DNA of 62,375 bases, filler included, from Aduncisulcus paluster (taxonomy: Eukaryota): NCBI GenBank assembly GCA_024181965.1. It is 5 parts of 5 records of this genome, joined end to end, with 100 filler letters (N's around TTAATTAATTAA, not from the genome) between each part and the next. Parts side by side here need not be neighbours in the genome. Positions count along the whole stretch, not along the records: positions 32,713 to 45,917 come from BQXS01009966.1; positions 46,018 to 57,392 come from BQXS01009967.1; 3 more parts are not named here. One strand, 5' to 3'. Below the pieces are notes generated by a model. The model made no database searches. It was not told the DNA's origin and worked only from the letters and a program-made list of their open reading frames with translations. Within the stretch, counting starts at the first letter, position 1. Each line of letters begins with the position of its first letter. Below, in pieces: positions 35,529 through 46,472 of this stretch. The position numbers and the translations under genes were made by a program.

Positions 35529-37303
35529 TCATATTTCAGATGATTACACCTATACCGCACCCCATTCTATCTTATTCATATTATTCATGATTTATTTATA
35601 TCTCATTGAAAACAACAACGTTCACTTTTCATTATCTTATTTATTCAATATAATACAATTTAGATTTGTGCTTTTGTCCTTATAATAATATTGCTTCATG
35701 GTCTACTGTATGCCTTTCCACAAGACGACATCAATTCTATCATATATTAAGTATGTCTTGATATATTATGGTTCATTAATATTTGAGAGAGCGAGAGAAT
35801 CATGATCGTGAAGTGAAAAAATAGTTTATTTTTATTATTTATACAAATATTTATATACATTTATATACAAATTTTATTTCCTCCCTTTTTTTCGCAAAAA
35901 AAAATAACTAACAATACAACATTATCGTTGTTTATTTTAAACGCAATTCATTATTCTTAATAGAATTCTGGTTTGGACTTCTAGGAATTCACTTTCTGAG
36001 TTTTTGGAAGATCTTCAAAAAGTTACTTTTGATCTTTGAAAATTCTATTTTAAAGAAAGAAGATTTTAAAGTGCAAAAGAAAATGTTAATTACTTTTGTG
36101 TATTTCACTTTCGCTTCTACAATATAATTTACGTTATTTTTGAATATTTTATTAATTATATTTTATTAATTATATTTTGTTTTTTAACCCCTTAGATCAT
36201 TTTTTTGTAAGTAATTTGTCAGAGAAATTGAATTCCAACGACTCAAATCTGTGAACAGCGTCGATTGGGCTTCATGATCTCTTCAAGTGGGTATTTCGTA
36301 CTAACATATGTTAATACAAATGCAAACCTTAGAATAAATAGACAAGAAATCAAAATAAATTCATAGATCAAGTGAAAAGACGCATAGAATAACACAGACT
36401 GAAGACTAAAGAAAAAATTAAGAACTCAACGCAGAACAATGTCTTGATAGTAAGGGACTAAGACATATTAACATGAAATTATCGGGTTAATAACAGATAA
36501 AGACTCAAACAAACAAAAGAAAAGAAGAAGAACTCAGATGAAATTGTAACAATTGGATGAAATACAGATTATTCATTTAATCTCCATTTTATAACATTAG
36601 TTTGATTGAAAATGAAGAGAGAAGAAAAAAGATTTAAAAATAACAACGATTATATTGACTTCTCAGAAGGATTGGGGGTAGGGGAAAATATCATCGATTC
36701 TCCATCGACCGAGGAAATCCCTATCACACTGCTTGCCGTGTTTCCACACATAATACAGAATTTAAAAATGAAAATCAAGGTGAAAATGGTAACAATAGCA
36801 AAGCCGACACTAGAAAACAATGAATATCGATCATATTCGTCATACATAATCGAATAAGAGAAAGAGACTCACTTTATGGGGAAAGAATGTGTTATCTAAA
36901 TTCAAGAATGGGGACAATAATGACAATTTTGATATGTTTTTTTCGGATACCACTAGTATCGTAGAAAGGACAAACCTTCGCTGTCAACTTCGTAGCAACA
37001 GGATATTATTGCTTATTTAAACTCAAAGTAAATAATATATTTCATGTTCCAGAAATATTCTTTTTTGAAATTCTCAGATTACTTGCGGAATCAACGATAT
37101 GAATGGTAATGAGCTAAACTACCAATTTTAAATAATATATATCGATAATTAGGGAATTGAAGTATTATGTTCAAATTCTAAGCGCAAAATATCAATACTA
37201 AATCGATATGGTAATCAAGAATGAAGAATTTGCAAAAGTGTTGTTTCTTGTTGTTTTGGAAACATTACATGTTTTTCTAATCCTTCAATTGAGATAAAAT
37301 TCC

Positions 37304-40300
37304 ATGGACGAATATTATGATCTGGTTTTGGGGCTTTTCAACTCTTCTAGGAGTGATGGTTCTTTTCACCATCTTGATGTGTTCTTTTCGAATATTTTCA
37401 ACTCGGAAACGCTTAATCTTTCCAATATATATTTCAATGAATTTGTTGTTGTGAAATATATCATCCCAATTCTTAAAAATGAATATTTCCGAAACAATGT
37501 AAAGACTGTAACTCTTCCTGAATCCTTTCAAACAAAATCAAAGTACATGCCATGTGCCTCTGCCTATAGTTATAATGGAAATAGGCTTTGTTCTACTTTT
37601 CCAAGTGTTCATCACGCTCCTCCGCTATGTCTTATTTTGGATATTCTCATCGCCTTATGCTCTATTAGGGCACAAAAGTCCCGTGAAATCATTGATTTAG
37701 AGCATTCTAAAATAGAATTAGAGGAAGAATATTCCGATAGTTATGAAAATGAGGGTGATTTCGGAGATATTTTTTCCGAGAAGAATTACATTGGGGATCT
37801 CATTGACTGTGCTCATGTCCGGGATGAATTCTCTTTTTCAAAATCTGGACGAGTTCTTGGTTTTTCTGTTGATAATTATTTCGGTAAGCAGAAAGATTTT
37901 GAGGAATTTATTGAGTTTCTCTCTTCTGTTAAGTTGTCCTTAGTAGTATCAGATATTGATATGATCAGCGGATCTCCAACAATAATCCCTTCCAAAATAT
38001 CTGATATGTCATCTAAATATAAGAATAAGATTCCATATGGAGGTGCGTCTATGATTGAATTTTATTCCAAACACTTAGCACCAATATTCTACACATTTGT
38101 ATGTTGCAATTCTTCCATTGAAAATGATGTGGTATGCAAAAGATATGGATGTCCATTCTCCGAACAACGTGGGTTTAGAGTTAAAGCGGGGAAAATTCGT
38201 AAAATCCAGATCAAACAACATATCCAAGTTCCCCCCGATCTTGATTATCACATGCTCGAGGCTGTTTATTCTTCATATGTTCGTGACGATCGGATGGTAT
38301 TGAATTACATTGAATGCTTTGAAACAGAGCAGAGGAGACGGGCTTCAATTGAACGACGTATTTTCCTTCAGTCATATGGTATTGAACATCCTGGCGTTTC
38401 TTCCTCAGATTTAATAACTTCACCGAAACAAATATCGTCAAAAGATGGAACGTATCATTTTGACCTCGTGTCAATTCCTCATCCATCTTTCCGAGTATCA
38501 TTGCTTGAACCTAATACGACTGACATTCATACTCGACATGAACAGATATTAACATCCGCAAATAACATGAATCCTGTTACTTTTCTTACAATTCTCTTGG
38601 AACACGCTGCTCTATCCTTTCCAAGTTGTTCAACATGTTCCTTAGACGCTCAATCCTCGCCTGCTCCTCACCAAGTTTATAACTCATTGTCGATGGGAGA
38701 TATATGCCCATTGTTAACGTTTGAGATAACGTCTGCAATTCAGTTGCTTCGTACTTGGTATGCTGTGGAGATGGATAGATATGAATCATTTGTAAAAAGT
38801 TTGAATTCTCAAGGTATCTCTCAGGATAGCAATATATTCTTTCAAAAACATACATCATACAAACCATTCTCTTTCGTTTCCGCATATGATTTGTACTATC
38901 TTCTTACCCTTTTCGATTCCACACATAACAATCCGAACCTCGCTCAGGTTGAATTTTATGGCTATAATTGGAACAAGTTTCTCCACATTGCTGACGATCA
39001 AGTCCNNNNNNNNNNNNNNNNNNNNTGAATCATTTGTAAAAAGTTTGAATTCTCAAGGTATCTCTCAGGATAGCAATATATTCTTTCAAAAACATACATC
39101 ATACAAACCATTCTCTTTCGTTTCCGCATATGATTTGTACTATCTTCTTAACCTTTTCGATTCCACACATAACAATCCGAACCTCGCTCAGGTTGAATTT
39201 TATGGCTATAATTGGAACAAGTTTCTCCACATTGCTGACGATCAAGTCCAAGTTTCATATTTGGACATTAAATTTCCATTATCTCAGATAATTAGCTACC
39301 ATTCGACCATTGTTGAATTCATTATTCCCATTTTCCTCTCTGTTCTTTCAAAGCCATTGATATTGGGAGAATTCGAGCATGCATCCTCTCCCATGTCCAT
39401 TGATTTCTACCTTCGATGTATGGTCTTTGAAGGGATTAAACTCCCTCTTCTTGGTCTGGATTATTCTTTGACTGCTCAACAGAGTGGTTTATTATCTTTG
39501 GTCCTTCAGAATTCCTCATCTCACCTCAAGAAAATTAGATTTACACATGTTGAATCGTTATATCCAATATTACGGGCATTTTCAAGGGTATTTTCCGAAG
39601 AAGGAGAAGATGATTCTCTTCATGTTCATGACGACAGTGATGTGTTTCCCAGTCATCCTCATGGTGAACAACAGCATAGTATCTCTTTGAAGATAGTATC
39701 ATGTCCCATCTCACCAGTCGACCTTCTTTGTCTTGCTCAATGGATGCAGGGGCAAAGTGGATTGATACAGCCCAGATCTATCACATTTTTATATTCCNNN
39801 NNNNNNNNNNNNNNNNNAATATTACGGGCATTTTCAAGGGTATTTTCCGAAGAAGGAGAAGATGATTCTCTTCATGTTCATGACGACAGTGATGTGTTTC
39901 CCAGTCATCCTCATGGTGAACAACAGCATAGTATCTCTTTGAAGATAGTATCATGTCCCATCTCACCAGTCGACCTTCTTTGTCTTGCTCAATGGATGCA
40001 GGGGCAAAGTGGATTGATACAGCCCAGATCTATCACATTTTTATATTCCTACATTGTGGAGAGTGGGGAAGATTGGACCCAAGATGTCGAGGAATGGAGA
40101 GAGACGGTGGTGCCTGATATTGTGCAGAAAAGGCATTGCATTGGAAGTGAGATTGTCAGATGGGACAAGAATTCCATGTTTCATAAATATGCTGTTGAGC
40201 ACGGAATGTATCCAAAAGAAGCTTATTCTCTTCAGAAATGTATTGAAATTATTTCATCACGACCAATATTGTGTTTGTCAGAGCTCCAATTCATCGATTT

Positions 40301-41135
40301 CAACTTTCTCACAACCGAATGTTACTCTAATTTTATGACTATTCTGGGAAAGATCATGCAACTATGCGTCAATCTTAAATCGTTTAAATTCACAGATATT
40401 AGACTCGTTCGGTCCTTGTCAATTGTTCCCAAGGAATTTGTCCATACTTTCACTCCTGTGCTGAACAAAACACTGTATTCAAGCATACCAGCTGTGTCAA
40501 AGCTTGATCTTGAGGATATATGTATGGATAATGAGTCTTTTCCAATATTTTCCCAATGGGCCTCTGAAAGGAAAGACATTTTGGAATTTCTTGCTTTAAA
40601 ACAAATTGTAGCTCCCAATGTGTGCAATATTCCCAAGTTTGTCATCGATTTTCTTTCAAATCTATATTTAGATAACGCTATTTTTAGAACAACTGGAGAT
40701 TTGGTCCCTAAAAAGTTATCTTCTCCAACAAGATTTGTTGAATGTTACTTTTCCCAAGTTCTTGATCATTTTTCATATGTTATTAAAAATGATTCTTGTT
40801 ATAAAGCACGATTTGATAAGGTTTTATCAATGATGTTTCCATATTTGGAAAGATTTTCCTTCGATTCTTTTCGTCATCCGGCAGATCTTGCTGTTATCTG
40901 TAAGCATATTCCCACAGCTCAAAGATTGAAATCTCTTGAATTTTATATCGCCAATAGATTTGTTGCTATAAGGAAAGAGGAAGAGCATGAAATGTTGGAA
41001 ATAATTGCATTGGCAATTCGCCATTTGGGATGTCTTGAAACTCTCTCTCTTCCCGTTTTCTGTCAAGTTGAGAAATTCAGGGAAGAATTTCCATTTGTGA
41101 ATCATATCAACAAAATTTGTTGTTATTGTTTGTGA
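37304..41135 (+). CDS. Large hypothetical protein with a degenerate LRR/RNI-like C-terminus; interrupted by two assembly gaps
   Basis: Long ORFs 37304-39005 and 39026-41135 overlap through duplicated gap flanks; LxxLxL-type segments occur in the C-half. Confidence 0.65.
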
Positions 41136-41500
41136 ATTTTGAATTTGGCTAAAGGAAAATACGTTTTCGAGTTGCAGAGTCTCAAACTGTCAGAATTCCG
41201 CCGACAAATTTTTGTTAAAAACCACATTTATTGGGCATATTCAACGTGGTGTGTATATGGAGATATAATATCTCTTGTATAATATATAGTTTAGAGTGTA
41301 TATTACCTTCGAAATGTGATGGATCTTATTTTCGCCATTCATTCATAATTTTCATGTCTTAATCCATAAATCTTAATAAAATTCTCATTTATTGTTTGTT
41401 TTATGTGTAATTATTGTATTTATAGTGTTGCAGCATCCAAAAAAATGAACAATGCGAATTTGAGTCAGTACCACACATTTTTCAAAATATTTCAAAACTA

Positions 41501-43864
41501 ATGGATGGTAAAAACAAATATATTGTAAATAATGTGATTGCTAGGCTAGAAAAACAATTGTCTGAGCCTTTTGAAGATTCTTCTAGCTCAATCGATGATT
41601 ACAGAGAATATGAAAAAAATATTATGGAACTTCCAATAGAATCGCCATTTCAAGGATCGTCTACACTTCATCCTTTGGATTTAGCCTCACCAAGACATCC
41701 TACTCCACATTCACATACTATTTCCACATTTTCAAAATCAAGGTCATATTTTAGCGATTCATTTCAGCGTAGGCATGATATTGCTATGCAGAAACGTGCT
41801 CATAAATTACAAAAAGTGAAAAAAGAGAGAGAACAGAAAGAAATGCGAGAATGTTCCTTTACTCCTATCATTACGAGGGCCAAACCTATGACTCCGGCTC
41901 ACCCAGTTGAAAAACGATTGATGGAGAGTGTTATGCATCGAGAACGGACAATTGCGTCGAAACGTGATCAGATTCGTGCCAAAGAAATGAGAGAATGCAC
42001 TTTCCATCCCACAATCAACCTAACACCTCGTTATATGAAACATACATCCGGCCATATGCATAAAGATGATCTTAAACATAATGTTCGCCCTCATACTTCT
42101 GCCGGTCATTATCCTTCTTCCAATGCCTCAGTCCAAAGCGTTAAAGGAACCCCATCGATGAGTTCTGACAGTTTAATCCCGTCAGGAATACTCGATTCCA
42201 CTCAATTACATGATATAAAAAAAGAATCAACAGTTGAACTCACCTCTCCTCGTGGTGGAGAACAACAGCTCGTCATTTCTGTGTCTTCACTTCAAGGTGA
42301 CTCGGCGAGAAAGCAGCTTGGTGGGGATGATACAAAGGATGGTGAGCCATTATCTGCTCGGGAAAGGGCGGCGCAGGAAGAAGATCTGTCTGTAGAATCC
42401 TTGCAGAAAACACCAAGATGTTTCGAAGACAATAACTCAACGGTAACCTGTGTTGATGTCACCAATGAGAAATCGATTGTTATCCCCGTTCTTCCATTAT
42501 CCAGGTCGCCTGACCGTAGTAGTATGTCGCGGACATACATGGGAGGACAGGCATCGAAACCTGGGCAACATCGACACTCACATTCAAGAAGTCACAGTGC
42601 TGGATCATTCAGGGGATATACAAAGGCTTATCAACTCCATATCGATCCAAAAATGCGTGAGATTGAGGAGAAGAAATCTGCCAGGATACATGCTTCGTTT
42701 ACTCCCGATATCTCAGTTTCTCAATCGGTTGTACCGGTTCATGTTGACCGGTCAAAACCGGTAGGTGTCCGGTTGCTCGAACGAGAGAAGGCAACTTCAA
42801 TGAAACGTGCTCAACAGCTTCAGCGACAAGAATACCTCGATGCCTTGAAGAAGAAACGTGCGATGGATGAGAGGAAAGGTGAAAGAATGAAATTTTGGAG
42901 GGATTTCAAGGAAAGGACGGAGAACTACCACGAAAAGAAGAAACAACATATTTCTATCCTTGCCAAGCAACAGGAGGAAGAGAAGAGAATGAGAGAAGCT
43001 CAGAAGGAAAGAGAAGCTCTGGGGATTATGGGAACAGGGGTAATGAGAATGGATCGGACCGGTGGATATTCCGGTTACAACCGTCCATCGTCGGCTGGAG
43101 CCGCTAAACACAGGCGATCATCCTCGGCTGGTGCTGCTTCCAGGCGGAGTATTGTGGATCTCAGCCGGACATTCCATGATGATCGAGAGAATGCACGCAA
43201 AGTGAAGCTTGAGGAAGAGAAAAAGAAGTTCAAATTTAAACCTACAATCAACAAGCGATCCCGTGTTTTGAGCAAACGCATGGGCGATTCTCATGATACT
43301 ATGGTTTCTGCTACGGATCAAGCTGAGGATGGACAAGTTCCCATCAGTGCTCAAGAGGAAGATAGAGGGCACACTCCGGGTGTATCTGCGAGGTCTAGAG
43401 TCTCGTCGACAGCACAAAGACCGAAGAGCTCTGGAGGAAAAGGAAGGAATGGCAGTAGATCTGGTGAAAGTGTGTTTGATAAACTATGGAAGGAAGACCA
43501 ATCCATGAGACTGCATAAAGATCGACTCAGGAGGCAATTCGAAGAGGATGAAATCAAAGCAATATCTTCACCAACTATGTATGCCCCAAAGGCCTATAAA
43601 CATGTTCAATCACGGCTGCAGACGAACAAGGATGATTTCTTGCTTCGAGTTCAGGACAATGAGATCCGGCAGCTTGCAAAGATCAGGGCGGAACAAGAGA
43701 AGAAAATGAAAGATGAAATTCGCGAGTGCACTTTCCACCCGGTCTTGTGCTCTTCTGTTCCTAAAATGATCACAATGATGAAACAGGAACCTAAGTCGAA
43801 ATCTGTGAAAAAGAAGAGGAGGAGAAGGCATACTCAGCAACATCAACAATACGCAAACGAATAA
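41501..43864 (+). CDS. Coiled-coil protein with repeated EC(T/S)F-x-P motifs
   Basis: 787-aa ORF with ECSFTP, ECTFHP (twice), SFTP and FKFKP motifs. Confidence 0.8.
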   Translation: MDGKNKYIVNNVIARLEKQLSEPFEDSSSSIDDYREYEKNIMELPIESPFQGSSTLHPLDLASPRHPTPHSHTISTFSKSRSYFSDSFQRRHDIAMQKRAHKLQKVKKEREQKEMRECSFTPIITRAKPMTPAHPVEKRLMESVMHRERTIASKRDQIRAKEMRECTFHPTINLTPRYMKHTSGHMHKDDLKHNVRPHTSAGHYPSSNASVQSVKGTPSMSSDSLIPSGILDSTQLHDIKKESTVELTSPRGGEQQLVISVSSLQGDSARKQLGGDDTKDGEPLSARERAAQEEDLSVESLQKTPRCFEDNNSTVTCVDVTNEKSIVIPVLPLSRSPDRSSMSRTYMGGQASKPGQHRHSHSRSHSAGSFRGYTKAYQLHIDPKMREIEEKKSARIHASFTPDISVSQSVVPVHVDRSKPVGVRLLEREKATSMKRAQQLQRQEYLDALKKKRAMDERKGERMKFWRDFKERTENYHEKKKQHISILAKQQEEEKRMREAQKEREALGIMGTGVMRMDRTGGYSGYNRPSSAGAAKHRRSSSAGAASRRSIVDLSRTFHDDRENARKVKLEEEKKKFKFKPTINKRSRVLSKRMGDSHDTMVSATDQAEDGQVPISAQEEDRGHTPGVSARSRVSSTAQRPKSSGGKGRNGSRSGESVFDKLWKEDQSMRLHKDRLRRQFEEDEIKAISSPTMYAPKAYKHVQSRLQTNKDDFLLRVQDNEIRQLAKIRAEQEKKMKDEIRECTFHPVLCSSVPKMITMMKQEPKSKSVKKKRRRRHTQQHQQYANE

Positions 43865-44425
43865 GCTTTTCTTTCATTATATTTTCAAGAGCTAATTTTT
43901 ATCTCGCAAAATCATTTGTGTAATAACCGATTTGTTCAAAAATAAAAACATGTTAATGTGGTACATTTCACCTCTTTATTCTATTTATTCCTAGCTTGAC
44001 CAAATCAAGAGATTTTATCTTCTCGGAGACTCTCCCCCACATTTGAAATGTGACATTTCGAAATGGATCTTTCGTTTTTGTCGACAGCGGAAGAAAATGA
44101 GATTCCCATTGTTTTATTTTAGGGGTTTATTTCATATCATGAACTAATTAGATTGTTTAAACAATATTTTTGTTCAAATATTGGTTTTAACATCTGCTTT
44201 TTGTTTTTTTCAAATTCTACTGTTATTTCGCATAAGAATTGATGTACAAAGCATAAAATGGTTTTTGCCTTAATATTTTATATAGAAAATATCTCATATA
44301 TGGCGACCATAATGGAAATAACAAGCTTTGATATTGACAAGATTCTTTCAACCGATTGACAGATAAAATATTAGAGTTCGTTCGACATTTTCTTAATAGT
44401 TCATAATATACATTCCATTGTTTTC

Positions 44426-45917
44426 ATGCTGATGTTTTTAAGGATATTTTGCTTTCTGTTTGTGTTTTTAATTGTTGTTGTGTATTCAGATAACATAAAC
44501 AATATTAATATGTGTTTGTGTGAGATCGACGAAACTTTGTTTTCCATTGATGAATTTGTTGAGAATATCAATGGTGATGTTAGTCTTAGAAGTGATATTC
44601 CTGGATTTATCTCTTTCCCATGTTACGATGAATGTTCTGCCGAAGATGACGCCGAGTGCGATTCTACGTTTCATTTCGATGTATTCTCCTCAATTGAAAA
44701 TGATGAGTCAATTCTTCACTGTGTTTCACAACAGGAATCTTTCGATATAAAAGCTTTAGATTTCTCCTCGGATGATCCGGATCTTGGCCAATGGTGGCAT
44801 CTATTTGGTCCATTTGCTCCATCAGATTTTTCAAAAAAAGAAGTTTCCCCGTGGGTTGACACCCATGTTGATAATGAATGGGTACAATATGGGTTGTACG
44901 GATCTTCTGTGGTAGCTGTTATCGATGCTGAAACAGATATCAACCATATTGAATACTATAAACGTGTCCGTACTGATTTAAGTTATGATTTCCTTGAGAA
45001 TACTGAAGATCCGGGAGGAGATTTGTCTGAGGTACATGGAACTGCTGTTAGTGGGGTGATTCTTGCTGCTCTAGACAATGCAGCATGTGGAGTTGGAGTT
45101 GCTCCGAGTGCCCATCTTGCAGCAAGACGTGTCATTGGGGATTCTACAACAAAAATATCCCTTGCTCTCAGTATTTCCTGGCTTCATGCGGAAGTCGATA
45201 TATATAATAATAGCTGGGGAATTGTTAATGATTACGATGACAGTCCATTCAATGTCAGCGGATTCCCATTATTTAGGTCTGCAATCGTACAAGCATATAC
45301 AAATGGGAGAGATGCACTTGGGTCAGTGATTTTGGTGGCTGCAGGAAATGAATCTCTCGATTCTAATTTTAATCTCTTATCTTCATATCCAGAAGCATTT
45401 GTGATAGCTGCTGCGGCTCCATCTGGTTCATACGCATATTACAGTAACTTTGGGGAGAATATTATGCTTACTGCTCCAAGTGGTGGTTATGGTGTGAATG
45501 GTGATTACTTGGGGCTTTCTTCTCTCGTGCCAAACGATGGTTGCACTGATGTTTCATACAGTGGAACTTCATTCTCATGTCCAATTGCTTCTGGTGTTGT
45601 TGCGCTTATCCTAGATGCATTTCCAGAGATTTCTCCACAATTGGTCCGTGTCATCCTACACGCAAGTTCCAAACCAATTGATTATACCAATGTATCAACT
45701 GAGTGTTCAACGGTGAGCGAGAACGAGGTAACAGCATCAAGCAATGGATCTGCTAGGACTGTGACCCTCGAAGAAGAATCTGTTGAATTTGTATCCTTCG
45801 ATCCGCAATCGTCTCCTTCAGATTTCGATTCCTCACAATTTACGGTATCAACAGCAAAGACCAAAACTCGTGAGTTGACTCAAAAATGTGTGGATGAGAA
45901 CGGGGATTATCAGCCAG
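44426..45917 (+). CDS. Subtilisin/kexin-like (S8) serine protease, 3' partial
   Basis: Signal peptide; catalytic VAVID, HGTAVSG, AAGN and GTSFSCP motifs. Confidence 0.92.
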
Positions 45918-46017
45918 NNNNNNNNNNNNNNNNNNNNNNNNNNNNNNNNNNNNNNNNNNNNTTAATTAATTAANNNNNNNNNNNNNNNNNNNNNNNNNNN
46001 NNNNNNNNNNNNNNNNN
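45918..46017. other. Artificial contig linker
   Basis: N run with TTAATTAATTAA. Confidence 0.95.
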
Positions 46018-46472
46018 TACAATAAGCAAAGATCATGTTTCTCTTCGGTCTGTTACTGCTAAATTGGGAGATCAACTCTTTTTATTTAAACGTGCTGATG
46101 TTCATTTTATAAGGGGATCTGGACCACCATGTGATAGTGAAGGCAAAACTTCAAAATAATTCACGAATATCAATAAATAGAACAGATTTTGTTTAAGAAA
46201 AACATTCTTATATTTTGTTGCAATATTTATATTTTCTAATCAAATTTAGATTGCTAAAATGAAGTATATGATAATATAATTCGTTAATTGCATCTAGATG
46301 ACAACATTTTCCACAAGCTCGAGCTCCGAGCTGAGTCAGCTCGAGCCTGCTGAGCAGGCTGCTCGATCTGCCCAAATGCTTCTCGAATTTTTTTGCTTTG
46401 ACTGATATTCATGAAAAAATTCATTTTTGATATTGTTTTTGGTGTTTTGATGGAAATATATGCTGATCTACA

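Noticed and set aside
36240-37050. Possible small spliced gene (TACTAAC near 36299; hydrophobic ORF 36650-36847)
   Set aside because: No coherent exon structure could be built.
38782-40049. Apparent internal repeats in the large hypothetical protein
   Set aside because: Both duplications flank 20-N gaps (39006-39025 and 39798-39817), so they are scaffolding or haplotype artefacts.
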